Below are positions 1 to 10,274 of a stretch of 64,000 nucleotides of DNA, piece after piece. The DNA is from an uncultured Pseudomonadales bacterium (GTDB taxonomy: Bacteria > Patescibacteriota > Microgenomatia > UBA1400 > UBA12028): positions 155,863 through 219,862 of the forward strand of contig CAZWPK010000001.1 in assembly GCA_964635905.1 (NCBI GenBank). Reading direction: 5' to 3'. Made by a program: the position numbers and the translations under genes. How positions within the stretch are numbered: the stretch's first letter is position 1; each line of letters starts with the position of its first letter. Below the pieces are notes generated by a model. It searched no databases. It was not told the DNA's origin and saw nothing but the letters and a program-made list of their open reading frames with translations.

Positions 1-1
1 C

Positions 2-1525
2 TTGAATGCCGATATTGCCGACGTCTCGGTAAAATCAACCAGTTCATGGAAGTTAGCCATTTCTTGGGAGGCGCCAAGTGACGTAGGTTCTGGTGTGTCC
101 TCGTATGAGATCTATCGTTCCCCCGATGATTCCACCTACGCTAAAGTTGCAGAAACCACGGGGATAGCTTTTGTGGATACCGGACTGGCGCAATCGGAGT
201 ACTTCTACAAGGTTCGAGCGTGTGACAGCGTGAATAACTGTGGATCCTATAGCACGGCAGTATCATTGACCCCTACCGGAAAGTTCACAAGCGCCGCGAC
301 ACTCTCCACGGGACCCACGATTAGCAATATCACAACCAAACAAGCCAAAATCAGTTGGGGGACTGATCGAGCGTCGGATTCTAAAATCCAGTATGGAACC
401 AGTGCGGGATCGTACTTTACCTCCGAACCTAGTACCTCGACACAAACCACCGATCACAGCATCACGCTGACAAATCTGAGTCCGGGAACGACTTACTACT
501 ACAAAGCGAAATGGACCGATGAGGACGGAAACACTGGATCGAGTGCTGAAAAATCCTTTACCACCGAAGCAGCCCCCACGGTCAAAGATGTAAGTGTAAA
601 AAGCATCGGCTTAACCTCGGGAATCATTCAATTTACTTCCAGTGGCGCCTCAAAAGTAAAAATTTACTATGGCGAATCCACCGCCTTTGGCGGGGTGAAG
701 GAAGTCACGACCGGAACCTCGGAATCCACCTATACGGCACAAATTGAAGAGCTAGAAGATGGGGTGAAGTATTACTACAAAATCAATGCCTTTGACTCTG
801 AGAATGCGGAGTACGAAGGAACGATCCTAAATTTCTCCACGCTCCCACGTCCAAAGATTTCAACGGTACGTATCCAACAAGTCCGTAACACTGCGCAACC
901 CACAGTGTTGGTAAGTTGGGAAACCAATACGCCAACCTCCAGCATTATTTCCTACTATCCAACGTCAAATCCTGCGCAGGTGAAAGACGAAGTGAACGTG
1001 GAATTAAAAGAAGGGGAACATCAACTACTCATTCGTGGGTTACTACCGGAAACACCGTACACTTTGATTGTGAAGGGACGCGATCTAGCCGGGAATGAAG
1101 CAGCCTCGGATCCGCAGCGACTGACGACGGCGACCGATACGCGACCGGCGGCGATTACCGGCCTCACGGTCGAAGGTTCGGTGCAAGCATCGCAGAACAG
1201 CGAAGAATCCGTCGCACAACTCGTTGTCAGTTGGACGACGGATGAACCGGCAACCTCACAAGTAGAGTACGGGGAAGGAACAGGAACGTCCTATGCACAG
1301 AAAAGCCAGGAAGATGCAAATATGACCATCAATCATTTAGTCGTCATCACGGGTCTCTCACCCTCAAAGGTCTATCACTTGCGGGCCATCTCAAAAGATA
1401 AAGCAAACAATGAATCAAAATCCATTGATACCGTTACCATCACCGCCAAAGCCACGGATAACGCACTGGATTTAGTCATCACGAATTTGCGTCAGGTATT
1501 CGGTTTCTTAGGAGCTTTGCAATAA
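2..1525 (+). CDS. Fibronectin type III (FN3)-repeat surface protein, 5'-partial (runs off window start)
   Basis: ORF open to window edge. Repeated ~90-aa units with FN3-like signatures (W..P, SPGTTYYYK, Y.Y.V.A.D..GN.S). Ser/Thr-rich. Confidence 0.55.
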   Translation: MNADIADVSVKSTSSWKLAISWEAPSDVGSGVSSYEIYRSPDDSTYAKVAETTGIAFVDTGLAQSEYFYKVRACDSVNNCGSYSTAVSLTPTGKFTSAATLSTGPTISNITTKQAKISWGTDRASDSKIQYGTSAGSYFTSEPSTSTQTTDHSITLTNLSPGTTYYYKAKWTDEDGNTGSSAEKSFTTEAAPTVKDVSVKSIGLTSGIIQFTSSGASKVKIYYGESTAFGGVKEVTTGTSESTYTAQIEELEDGVKYYYKINAFDSENAEYEGTILNFSTLPRPKISTVRIQQVRNTAQPTVLVSWETNTPTSSIISYYPTSNPAQVKDEVNVELKEGEHQLLIRGLLPETPYTLIVKGRDLAGNEAASDPQRLTTATDTRPAAITGLTVEGSVQASQNSEESVAQLVVSWTTDEPATSQVEYGEGTGTSYAQKSQEDANMTINHLVVITGLSPSKVYHLRAISKDKANNESKSIDTVTITAKATDNALDLVITNLRQVFGFLGALQ

Positions 1526-1547
1526 TAAGCAGTAAGGAAACTCTCGT

Positions 1548-3680
1548 ATGCCTATTCGTTTATTTCAGCTTCAGGATAAGTCGCTGGAAAGTCATTTAAA
1601 AATCTTAGGTTCCTTAAGCCTCCTGGGAAATTTGTTGATTTTAACGGCAGTGATCGGTTTTGCCTTCTTTCAATTCCTCAATTTCAATCGTCGTGAGACG
1701 TCACACTATCGTGCATCGGTGCAGTACACGGTACAACGGGAAGAAAGACAACATCTACACTTTACCAGAGACTACGCAGTCTGGGATGACATGGTCGAAG
1801 CAGTGCGCAGGGAAGACACATCCTGGTTCGAATCGACGTTTTTTGGGACCTTATCTACTCTCGATATTCAATCCTTTTGGATTGTGAGTTCGCAGCGTGA
1901 ACTCTTTACTGTTAAAGCAGAAGGGTATGAAGAAGTCCAGTTGCCTGAATTTCAAGTTCCGGACGGGAAAAAGGATTTGGCATTCTTTGCCAGAATCCAA
2001 GGAAGAGTCTATCGCTTTCAAATCATCGAAATCGCCCCACACCTGTCGTCGCAACAACTGGTGGAACCAGCGTACCTAGTCTCTGCAGTGCACTGGGATG
2101 ATGCTTTGCTAGAGCATTTCGGAACTGTGACACAGTCATCTGTCGCCCTCACCTCCGCACCGCAACCAAAAGAGAGTCTGTTCTCAATGCAGTTCCAGCA
2201 TGAATTGGCGCAATTAGACACACAAGGAGATCCGATCTTTTTGGACATCCAACGGGAAAACTTGTTGCTAGTGTTATTCACTCAGTCGGTTACGTTAGCG
2301 ATTGTCTTGTTTATCGTGATTCTCATTCCAAGCATTGTTCTAAACTTAGTGCTCCAGCGAAAATGGATTGTGACACCACTTTCAACGATTCGTGCGATGC
2401 TATCCACCCATACCCATTTCTATTCTCCGGATGCGCACAATACGAAAAATGAATTAAAAATTCTTGCAACCCTCACCAAAGAATATATTGATCAGGAACA
2501 AGAAGCGGTGACCACATCCGAACACATGAAAGTACAAGCACAACGGTTAGTGGAAGCAAATAAACGCATCCGCGAAGAATTATTACATCGAGAACGCTTG
2601 TCGTTAGTGGTGGAAAACTCCACCAATGGGGTGCTCATTACGGACGAGAAAATGCAGATTGTGTATGTCAACCCGAGTTGGGAAAGGCTCAATGGTTATT
2701 CCTCCGCCGAAGTGCGCAATCAGACCCCTAGAATTGTGAAAAGCGGAAAGACAGATGTGAAGGTATATCAGGCGATGTGGGAAGCCTTAAATAACGGCAT
2801 TCCCTTTGTGACAGATGATATTGTAAACCGTCGTAAAGATGGCAAAGAATGGGAATGTCAGCTATCGGTCTATCCAATTCAAGAAGAGAATAGAACGATT
2901 AGTTATGTCGGGATTCAGCAAGATATTTCTAAACAAAAAGAAATCGATCGCATGAAAACAGATTTCATCTCGCTTGCATCCCATCAACTGCGGACCCCAT
3001 TATCTGCCTTACGTTGGTTTATCGAGTTGTTATTAAAAACAGCCCAATCCTTTTCCAAAGATCAGCAAGAACTGCTAGATAATTCCTATAAATCGACCTT
3101 GCGGATGATCTCCTTGGTAAACATGCTATTAAACATTTCTCGAATTGAGTCTGGACGATTGATTGTGGATTCAAAGTCCACAGATCTTGTTACGCTGGCC
3201 AAGGAAGTGATTACGGAACTGGAGCCTCGAATTCATCAAAAGCAAATTGAAATTCACACCACCTTCCCGGAGAATTTGGAGCCGGTGTTGACCGATCCCC
3301 AGTTAATCCGGGAGGTTTTTGCCAATTTGTTATCAAATGCTCTGAAATATTCCGCAGAAAAGAGTATGGTAGAACTAGGTATTACGCAGACTGATTCAAC
3401 GGTTCAAGTGTCCGTGAAGGATCAAGGCATCGGAATCCCACAGGAAGATCAAGATCATATCTTCCTGAAATTTTATCGCGGATCCAATGTGATGAAAACT
3501 GAAACGGATGGAACCGGACTTGGTCTGTATTTTATTAAAGAAATTATCCAAACCTGTGGAGGAAAGATCTGGTTTGAGAGTGTCAATGGGAAGGGAACAA
3601 CGTTTTTCTTTACGTTGCCACTCCATGGAAACCAAAGCCGTAGTGGAGAAGTGACGATTTCTCCTTCAGATCTGGGATAG
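1548..3680 (+). CDS. Sensor histidine kinase with N-terminal TM/periplasmic region and PAS domain
   Basis: H-box 'LASHQLRTPLSALRW'. HATPase_c G-boxes 'DQGIGIP' and 'GTGLGLYFIKEII...GKGTTFFFTLP'. PAS-like segment 'GVLITDEKMQIVYVNPSWERLNGY'. RBS AAGGAAA upstream. Confidence 0.85.
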   Translation: MPIRLFQLQDKSLESHLKILGSLSLLGNLLILTAVIGFAFFQFLNFNRRETSHYRASVQYTVQREERQHLHFTRDYAVWDDMVEAVRREDTSWFESTFFGTLSTLDIQSFWIVSSQRELFTVKAEGYEEVQLPEFQVPDGKKDLAFFARIQGRVYRFQIIEIAPHLSSQQLVEPAYLVSAVHWDDALLEHFGTVTQSSVALTSAPQPKESLFSMQFQHELAQLDTQGDPIFLDIQRENLLLVLFTQSVTLAIVLFIVILIPSIVLNLVLQRKWIVTPLSTIRAMLSTHTHFYSPDAHNTKNELKILATLTKEYIDQEQEAVTTSEHMKVQAQRLVEANKRIREELLHRERLSLVVENSTNGVLITDEKMQIVYVNPSWERLNGYSSAEVRNQTPRIVKSGKTDVKVYQAMWEALNNGIPFVTDDIVNRRKDGKEWECQLSVYPIQEENRTISYVGIQQDISKQKEIDRMKTDFISLASHQLRTPLSALRWFIELLLKTAQSFSKDQQELLDNSYKSTLRMISLVNMLLNISRIESGRLIVDSKSTDLVTLAKEVITELEPRIHQKQIEIHTTFPENLEPVLTDPQLIREVFANLLSNALKYSAEKSMVELGITQTDSTVQVSVKDQGIGIPQEDQDHIFLKFYRGSNVMKTETDGTGLGLYFIKEIIQTCGGKIWFESVNGKGTTFFFTLPLHGNQSRSGEVTISPSDLG

Positions 3681-3689
3681 GAGTTCGTT

Positions 3690-4070
3690 ATGGCGCAAAG
3701 TCCATCCGTTTTAATCGTGGAGGATGATCAGTTTTTAGGTTTAGCCTACACCCAATCATTCTCTACCAGTGGATTTCTTGTCCATCTGGTTACCGATGGA
3801 AAGGCGGCTCTGAGTGCAATTGCAGACCAGCGACCAGATCTGGTTATTTTGGATCTTGTCATGCCAACCATGAATGGAATGGATGTCCTGCGTGCGATCC
3901 GAAAAGATCCTAAAAATGCTGCCTTAAAAATCATTATTGCCACCAATGTCTCTTCACAGAAAGACGAAGAAGAATGCAAAACCTTAGGGGTGTGTGAGTA
4001 CCTCATCAAAACAAATAACTCGATCCATGATATTGTTACGCTTTCGAAAAAAGCGCTAGGTACACAATGA
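3690..4070 (+). CDS. Response regulator, receiver (REC) domain only
   Basis: CheY-like: 'VLIVEDD', phospho-acceptor region 'LVILDLVMP', conserved K-containing 'ATNVSSQKD'. 126 aa, no output domain. GGAG RBS. Confidence 0.8.
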   Translation: MAQSPSVLIVEDDQFLGLAYTQSFSTSGFLVHLVTDGKAALSAIADQRPDLVILDLVMPTMNGMDVLRAIRKDPKNAALKIIIATNVSSQKDEEECKTLGVCEYLIKTNNSIHDIVTLSKKALGTQ

Positions 4071-4430
4071 TTGCACTTTTGAAATCACCTCGGTAATTGG
4101 AGTTTGGCTTTTGGTGATAAATGCTTTCGCCCCTAGATCCATAGCTTTTTTAATCTCGGAATCTTGTCCCAAGTTAGAAGCGACGATCACGGGAATTTTT
4201 GATGTCGCCTCTGATACACGTAGTTGTTCTAGCACTTGAAAGCCATCGACTTTGGGCATGATCAAATCAAGCACAATACAGCAGGGTTGAAAGGTTTTAA
4301 TTTTCTCTAGCCCTTCTTGACCGTCATAAGCAATGTCGACTTCAAGTTTCTCGTTTTCAAATGCGAAGCGATAGGCACTCGCAAGAAAACGATCGTCTTC
4401 GATGATCAGTACTTTAGCCATGTTTCTCAT
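4056..4430 (-). CDS. Response regulator, receiver (REC) domain only
   Basis: 'KVLIIEDD...CIVLDLIMPKVDG...PVIVASN'. Start chosen at ATG 4430 (GGAG RBS 8 nt upstream); ORF track begins at TTG 4457. Convergent with 3690-4070. Confidence 0.75.
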   Translation of the reverse strand: MRNMAKVLIIEDDRFLASAYRFAFENEKLEVDIAYDGQEGLEKIKTFQPCCIVLDLIMPKVDGFQVLEQLRVSEATSKIPVIVASNLGQDSEIKKAMDLGAKAFITKSQTPITEVISKVQSLCT

Positions 4431-4495
4431 TGCAACATACTCCGATGCAAGAATCAATGTTGTCTCTTACATTCTAGATTTGATAGACTGAAACA

Positions 4496-5365
4496 ATGGA
4501 AGGTCGTAGCCTGGTTGAGGTCAAAGAGATTACAAAGACGTTTGTGGTTGGTGGACAGGAGATTCCGGTACTACGAGGAATCACTTTTTCAATCGAGCAA
4601 GGGGATTTTTGTATCCTTGTTGGTCCATCGGGATGTGGAAAATCTACGCTCCTGCATACCATTCTTGGACTCGAGCAACCCACAAGTGGGGAGGTCATTT
4701 TCTTAGGTGAGAATATTTATCATAATACCGATGAAGATTATCGCAGTAACTTTCGAAAAAAACATATTGGCATGATTTACCAGCAGCCAAACTGGATCAA
4801 ATCCATGAATGTGGTCGAAAATGTTGCTTTTCCGCTTATCTTATTGGGAATGGAAAAAGATCAGGCGTCGAAACGAGCATTGGACTTATTAACGGAAGTC
4901 AATTTAGCCGATTGGGCAAACTACATGCCCACAGAGCTATCTGGAGGACAACAACAGCGTATCGCTCTTGCGCGAGGTCTTGCGAATAATCCAGAAATTA
5001 TTATTGCCGACGAACCGACAGGAAACTTAGATTTCCAAGCAGGACAAAACGTGATGCAGCTACTGTCTGATTTAAACGTAAAACAGGGAAAAACGGTGAT
5101 CATGGTGACCCACGACTTGGAATATCTGCGCTATGCACGAAAAGCCGTGCGCTTGTTGGACGGGAGGGTCCTACAAATCTATACCGAAGAAACAATCCAT
5201 GAGTTAGTCAGTGAAGTGAAAACAAAACGCGGCGTCGGATCAAGTGCATCGTTGTCGTCGTTGGTTGATCCCATCGCGGAGCAACCTATTCAACCGACGC
5301 AACCCGTCACAACGAAGGTAGCAGTCCCAACAATGACAAAGAGCTCCACGAAAAAAACCGCATGA
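4496..5365 (+). CDS. ABC transporter ATP-binding protein (MacB/LolD/FtsE-like)
   Basis: Walker A 'GPSGCGKST', ABC signature 'LSGGQQQRIALARGL', Walker B 'IIIADEPTGNLD', H-loop 'VTHD'. Confidence 0.85.
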   Translation: MEGRSLVEVKEITKTFVVGGQEIPVLRGITFSIEQGDFCILVGPSGCGKSTLLHTILGLEQPTSGEVIFLGENIYHNTDEDYRSNFRKKHIGMIYQQPNWIKSMNVVENVAFPLILLGMEKDQASKRALDLLTEVNLADWANYMPTELSGGQQQRIALARGLANNPEIIIADEPTGNLDFQAGQNVMQLLSDLNVKQGKTVIMVTHDLEYLRYARKAVRLLDGRVLQIYTEETIHELVSEVKTKRGVGSSASLSSLVDPIAEQPIQPTQPVTTKVAVPTMTKSSTKKTA

Positions 5366-7455
5366 ATCTACCGACAGTACCCACCAGCACTACTCCAAAT
5401 GAACCTCGATTTTCTTGGATCCGTCATCCTGTCAAGACGATGAATCGAATTGGTGGAGGAATGCGATCTTTTCCATCTGGATTTGTTCGGTTTTTGCGCG
5501 TCTGGGTCTGGAGCATTGTAACCTTCACTGGACTGTTGCTGTTTTATTTACTCTACCGAATCTTTACCCGAATTACGTCGTTGCGGTTTTTCCCTGTGCC
5601 GTTAGGGAAGTTGATCATGCTCCCACTAACGAAAGTGTATCTCTACATCACCAATAGTAGTCGCTACGAGGAACGCACCATCAATCGCGTGAATTTAATC
5701 GAATTAGCCCTGCGCAACATGGTGTTTAAAAAATCCCGAGCAGTCATCACGGTGGGAGGCATGTCCATTGGAATTGGTGCGATTGTGTTTTTAGTGTCGG
5801 TCGGATACGGTATGCAGCAGCTGGTGATCAATCGCGTTGCGCGTTTGGATGAGTTACTCCAAGCCGATGTCAGTCCACAGCCGGGAAGTCGAGAACGCAT
5901 CAATGATGCTTCGATTGCCAAATTAAAAGATGTGGAAGAAGTGAAAGAAATTTTGCCGCTGATTGCCTCGGTGGCACGCGTCACCCTCAATAACTCTGTC
6001 TCCGATGTGCCTGTGTATGGGGTCACGACGACTTATTTACAGTCATCTGCGATTAAACCCACCCATGGAGAAATCTTCCAATCCGACGATTTATCCGTGG
6101 TACCCTCCACCGCAACGGTGGCTGGAATCAAAACCACACCAGAATTTAAAGAACCGCTCTATCCCGTCACTGCCAGATTTGTAGCGTCCTCGCTTGCCCG
6201 TATTCGAAAAGAACCGGCAAAAAGTGGGGCTCTTGAAGGATATGCCGTCATTGAGCAATCCATTCAAGCCACACTAGTGTGGGGAAAAAGCTTTCCGGAA
6301 GCCGAAACGATCGAAAAATCATCCGAAGGTGTGGCGCTCTCACCGTGGTTATTGGTGACTGTTCCAGTTTGGGAAGCGGCAAACTGTGATGAAACGTTAC
6401 CAAACTGTTACCAAGGAACGCATCAAAAAGTTGTCGATGATCTAGGTAACCCCGTCACGGTTCAAGGATATATTGCCCCGATTCAAGTCCTCATCGAACC
6501 CACAACGGCTGGGAGCGGGCGAGTGCTCGGAGAGATGGTCGAGGAAGAGCCAGGAACCGAAGGTCTAGTGTTGGCAGAGACGACCGAAGACGCTGGCTGG
6601 GTGGAAATCGCGTCGGAATCCTCACAGATTCAACAGGAAAAAGTTTCCAGCGTTCCCTTAGCCGCGAATGCCAAAAAAGTGGCCGTGGTAAACACCGCAA
6701 TGCTCAAGCTTCTCGGAATGACAGAAACGGAAGCTGTGGGGAAGACGATCCAAGCCTCCTTTATCGCCGTTGGCGATCTTATCGGCAAGGATGAGAAAGT
6801 AGAATCGATTGCGACCGATTACACGATCCTGGGCGTGGTTCCGGATGATAAGTCACCCTACTTCTATGTCCCATTTGTTGATCTGCGTGGAATTGGGATT
6901 GTGAACTATTCCCAACTTAAGGTGGTGACCTCCCAAAAGGAAAACTTGCCTGCGATGCGACAAAAAATTGAATCCATGGGATTTGCCACGCGCTCGGTAG
7001 CCGACACCGTCCAACAAATTGATCGCCTATTTGCGTCGGTCCGCGTGCTCCTTGGTATCTTAGGGATGGTCGCGCTGTCTGTCGCCGCGTTAGGCATGTT
7101 TAACACGCTGACCGTATCACTCTTGGAACGAACGCGCGAAGTGGGTCTGATGAAGGCCATGGGAATGAAATCGCATGAAGTACAAGAACTCTTTTTGACC
7201 GAATCCATGGTCATGGGATTTTTTGGTGGAATCTTGGGGATTGGCATGGGGTGGGGAGCAGGGAAGATGCTTGGGGTACTATTGTCCGCGCTCTCCCTGA
7301 CCAAAGGGCAAGGTTTTATCGACATTTCCTATTTACCCTTCTCGTTTACCGCATTTATCTTCCTCTTGTCATTAACAGTAGGAATTTGTACCGGTATCTA
7401 TCCAGCCAGGCGTGCAACGCGCATCAGTGCCCTGGACGCACTGCGCTATGAATAG
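5362..7455 (+). CDS. ABC transporter permease with FtsX/MacB-type C-terminal domain and large extracytoplasmic domain
   Basis: ATGA overlap with upstream ATPase. N-terminal TM, long central soluble region. C-terminal FtsX-like TM bundle 'LLGILGMVALSVAALGMFNT...ERTREVGLMKAMGM'. Confidence 0.75.
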   Translation: MNLPTVPTSTTPNEPRFSWIRHPVKTMNRIGGGMRSFPSGFVRFLRVWVWSIVTFTGLLLFYLLYRIFTRITSLRFFPVPLGKLIMLPLTKVYLYITNSSRYEERTINRVNLIELALRNMVFKKSRAVITVGGMSIGIGAIVFLVSVGYGMQQLVINRVARLDELLQADVSPQPGSRERINDASIAKLKDVEEVKEILPLIASVARVTLNNSVSDVPVYGVTTTYLQSSAIKPTHGEIFQSDDLSVVPSTATVAGIKTTPEFKEPLYPVTARFVASSLARIRKEPAKSGALEGYAVIEQSIQATLVWGKSFPEAETIEKSSEGVALSPWLLVTVPVWEAANCDETLPNCYQGTHQKVVDDLGNPVTVQGYIAPIQVLIEPTTAGSGRVLGEMVEEEPGTEGLVLAETTEDAGWVEIASESSQIQQEKVSSVPLAANAKKVAVVNTAMLKLLGMTETEAVGKTIQASFIAVGDLIGKDEKVESIATDYTILGVVPDDKSPYFYVPFVDLRGIGIVNYSQLKVVTSQKENLPAMRQKIESMGFATRSVADTVQQIDRLFASVRVLLGILGMVALSVAALGMFNTLTVSLLERTREVGLMKAMGMKSHEVQELFLTESMVMGFFGGILGIGMGWGAGKMLGVLLSALSLTKGQGFIDISYLPFSFTAFIFLLSLTVGICTGIYPARRATRISALDALRYE

Positions 7456-7470
7456 TCGTTTTCTCTTGGC

Positions 7471-7499
7471 TTCAAATCGCTGCGATCCTTTGGTACAAT
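7471..7499 (+). promoter_or_regulatory. Candidate sigma70 promoter for tRNA-Thr (-35 TTCAAA, 17-nt spacer, extended -10 TGgTACAAT)
   Basis: TTCAAA 7471-7476. TG at 7491-7492. TACAAT 7494-7499. tRNA 5' end at 7514. Confidence 0.35.
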
Positions 7500-7513
7500 C
7501 AACCCCTGGTGTT

Positions 7514-7589
7514 GCCACCTTAGCTCAGCTGGTAGAGCGTTCGCTTTGTAAGCGAAATGTCCAGGGTTCGAGTCCCTGAGGTGGCTCCA
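7514..7589 (+). tRNA. tRNA-Thr (anticodon UGU), CCA encoded
   Basis: Cloverleaf folded by eye: acceptor GCCACCT/AGGTGGC, D-stem GCTC/GAGC, anticodon stem TTCGC/GCGAA with loop TTTGTAA, T-stem CAGGG/CCCTG with loop TTCGAGT, then T-CCA. Confidence 0.85.
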
Positions 7590-7680
7590 ATACTTCTTGA
7601 GTTGTTTCTCCGTTTTTCTTTAAAAACTCTGTATGGAATGCGCCTGTTGGCCGATTCGGTCAGGAAGTTTCGGATGACCT

Positions 7681-7709
7681 TTGATAATCTGCTCGAGATT
7701 GTGTACAAT
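7681..7709 (+). promoter_or_regulatory. Candidate sigma70 promoter for rpmG (-35 TTGATA, 17-nt spacer, -10 TACAAT)
   Basis: TTGATA 7681-7686, TACAAT 7704-7709. AGGAGA RBS at 7734-7739, ATG 7744. Confidence 0.4.
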
Positions 7710-7743
7710 ACTTGTTCTTGACTTATCGCTATTAGGAGAAACT

Positions 7744-7935
7744 ATGGCAAAAGCTAAAAAAGGCCCACGCGGAACAATTGCACTCAAAAGCACCGAGAGT
7801 GGTCATATTACCCACTACACTTCCCGCAACAAGCGCAACGAACAGGAAAAAGGGCACGGTAAACTCGAACTGATGAAATACGATCCTACGCTTCGCAAAC
7901 ACGTGTTGCACAAAGAAGTTGAAAAACTCAAATAA
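7744..7935 (+). CDS. rpmG: 50S ribosomal protein L33
   Basis: 63-aa '[51 protein letters not shown]' matches L33 (K.K....G.H.YTT.KNKR...KLE..KYDP..R.HV..KE). ORF track used an upstream start; ATG 7744 has an RBS. Confidence 0.85.
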   Translation: MAKAKKGPRGTIALKSTESGHITHYTSRNKRNEQEKGHGKLELMKYDPTLRKHVLHKEVEKLK

Positions 7936-7952
7936 TCCTAGGTCGTCGTCGT

Positions 7953-8690
7953 ATGGCCATAAAACTACTCTCCCTCAATCTTGAAGGAGATAATCACTAC
8001 GAACGTGTTTTCCCATTTCTTTTAACCGAACGACCAGATGTCGTTTGTGTTCAGGAATTCTTTTTGGATGATCTGCCTCTATTTGAGGAGAAACTATCGA
8101 TGCACGGGTACGCGGTTGGCATGTGGACATGCTCACAAGAGAATGATGCGCGCATTTCTAAACGCGGACTAATGGGGGTGGCGATCTTTTCAAAACTCCC
8201 CCTGATTAACCCTGGTCATCAATGGTATGTCGGAGGAGAAGATCGCATTATTGAAATGTTTGTTCCTGAAAACTCTCCAGAAACCGTTAGTCGCGCGCTA
8301 CTGTATGCAGATATTCTAAAAGATGGGCAACTCTTCCGCATTGCCACCACGCACTTTACCTGGTCACCAGGTGGTAGTGTGACAGCGGTGCAGCACGAGC
8401 ATTTAGATCGATTACTTCCTATTTTGAAGTCAATTGAACCAGTTGTGATTGTGGGAGATTTCAATGCTCCACGCGGAAAAGCGATTTTTGAAACACTGGC
8501 ATCGCGGTATATCGATAACATTCCAGCCTCAATCACCACTACCATGGACCAACACTTACACCGTATGCCAGGACTACAATTTGTGGTCGATGTCTTATTC
8601 ACTAGTCCCTCCTACTTAGCATCGGACGTGCAAGTGGTCGACGGGGTATCGGATCACTGTGCAATCGTTGCCACAATTGATGTGCAATAA
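7953..8690 (+). CDS. Endonuclease/exonuclease/phosphatase (EEP, ExoIII/DNase I-like fold) family protein
   Basis: N-terminal 'VVCVQEF' (ExoIII catalytic Glu context), 'ATTHFTW', C-terminal 'SDHCAIV' (ExoIII SDHxPV). Confidence 0.7.
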   Translation: MAIKLLSLNLEGDNHYERVFPFLLTERPDVVCVQEFFLDDLPLFEEKLSMHGYAVGMWTCSQENDARISKRGLMGVAIFSKLPLINPGHQWYVGGEDRIIEMFVPENSPETVSRALLYADILKDGQLFRIATTHFTWSPGGSVTAVQHEHLDRLLPILKSIEPVVIVGDFNAPRGKAIFETLASRYIDNIPASITTTMDQHLHRMPGLQFVVDVLFTSPSYLASDVQVVDGVSDHCAIVATIDVQ

Positions 8691-8698
8691 GAGGGGAT

Positions 8699-9463
8699 AT
8701 GAGCGAAGTCATTACAGTTGCAACTCTTAACACAGAAGGTGGACAATGTGGACCACATAGCGCCAACATTCATCGATTCCTTCGTCAATTTTCGCCTCAA
8801 GTCCTAGGTGTTCAAGAAATTTTTCCTCCAGATACATCGTGGTTACAATCAACCTTGAATTCACAAGATGCTGCCTTTTTACCAAATTTTGAGGTTCGAG
8901 AGCCTCTTTCTGATCGGATTGCAGGTGTTGGATTGTATGGGGTTGCGTTGATTTCTGCATTTCGCCCTCTTGATGTGTCACAACACTATTTTACCGAAGA
9001 GAAATTTCCAAGTAGACCATTTGTCTCGGAGAAGGACTACCCAACTTCACGAGGAGTATTAACTGCAACCTATGCGGTGGGAAACAAAACTCTCCGCGTC
9101 GCAACCACGCACTTTACCTGGAGTCCCGATGGCAGCAATACTCCGGAACAGTGGGATGATTGGCATCGCCTGTCAACAGAGTTACGCAAACAGCAACCAG
9201 ATCTAATTATGGGTGATTTTAATGTCCCGCGCGGAACAAAATTAGGAACTACCATCACACGTACCTATCGGTCGGTGCTTCCCCCAACAATCCAAACAAC
9301 CATGGACCATCAATTGCATAAAGATCCACGCCTTCCACCGCGTGTGGTTGATTACATTTTGATTCCAAAACAGTCCCAAGTTACGATGGTTCCCCAAAGC
9401 GTGCACGTATGCTCAGGAGTATCGGATCACTGTGCTATAGTATGTGATATTAAATATAGATAA
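8699..9463 (+). CDS. EEP family protein, tandem paralog of 7953-8690
   Basis: 'LGVQEIF', 'ATTHFTWSPDGS', 'GDFNVPRG', 'SDHCAIV'. Collinear with upstream paralog (e.g. 'RIATTHFTWSPGGS' vs 'RVATTHFTWSPDGS'). Confidence 0.7.
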   Translation: MSEVITVATLNTEGGQCGPHSANIHRFLRQFSPQVLGVQEIFPPDTSWLQSTLNSQDAAFLPNFEVREPLSDRIAGVGLYGVALISAFRPLDVSQHYFTEEKFPSRPFVSEKDYPTSRGVLTATYAVGNKTLRVATTHFTWSPDGSNTPEQWDDWHRLSTELRKQQPDLIMGDFNVPRGTKLGTTITRTYRSVLPPTIQTTMDHQLHKDPRLPPRVVDYILIPKQSQVTMVPQSVHVCSGVSDHCAIVCDIKYR

Positions 9464-10274
9464 TATGTATTTAGAGCAAGAGCAAAAAACATTCCTTACA
9501 CGCAACTATGAGGTCGTTCATCTCAAGGAAAAGCGTACCCTTGATGCGGCACAGGCAGCTGCTGACCTTCTTAAGAAAGTGGATACACAAGGCTTTAGTG
9601 ATGTGTCGCAAGCCAACTGGCACGGGGAGTTATATTTTCAAGCAGTGACATTATTAACAAGTGCGGCAAAGGATGGCACCTCGTATGCGAAGGTTGCTCG
9701 GTTACTGGAGTACAGCGCGATGCTCCAATTTGCCCACGGTCCATTTGCGCAAACAACCGACGAAGCTAACAAACGCCTAGCCTATTTCACTACGGTGTTT
9801 GAAGGACGACATGACGCATCCGTGCGTGCCTTTCGAGAGTTTTTAAACGTCGTCGATTATCTCTCAATATTAGATACCAACGTAGAGACCGGTACTCAGT
9901 TACGCCATATCGTAGAACAACTACGCACAGATTTAACGCACCGGAGAGGTGAAAGTGGAATCTATATTATGCGCATTGAACGGGAACCACGCTTACGGGC
10001 CACGCAAGCCTGTATTGACTATCTAATTGATTATCGTTTAAAACACACCGACAACCCAACAGAACTGCGCAATGTGCTAAAAAAATACATCCAACGCATT
10101 GTCCCTAATGCTCCCGGAACCTCAGTTCAGGAAGCCCATCAGCATCTTGAAGCATTGATGCAGGCAAAAGGAAAAGAGGACAGTCTCGATCCCACAACGA
10201 TCCAAGAATTATTAACTGTTCGCTATATCGGAATTCAAGGGGAATTGTTACACCTTTCACCTAGTCGGTCCTAG
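9444..10274 (+). CDS. Hypothetical protein
   Basis: 276-aa ORF overlapping the stop of the EEP paralog. No motif recognised. Confidence 0.4.
   Translation: MILNIDNMYLEQEQKTFLTRNYEVVHLKEKRTLDAAQAAADLLKKVDTQGFSDVSQANWHGELYFQAVTLLTSAAKDGTSYAKVARLLEYSAMLQFAHGPFAQTTDEANKRLAYFTTVFEGRHDASVRAFREFLNVVDYLSILDTNVETGTQLRHIVEQLRTDLTHRRGESGIYIMRIEREPRLRATQACIDYLIDYRLKHTDNPTELRNVLKKYIQRIVPNAPGTSVQEAHQHLEALMQAKGKEDSLDPTTIQELLTVRYIGIQGELLHLSPSRS

Noticed and set aside
4056-5365. Possible UGA recoding (alternative genetic code)
   Set aside because: TGA terminates well-defined genes exactly where family alignments end (e.g. the receiver at 4070 and the ABC ATPase at 5365). The standard code is therefore assumed.
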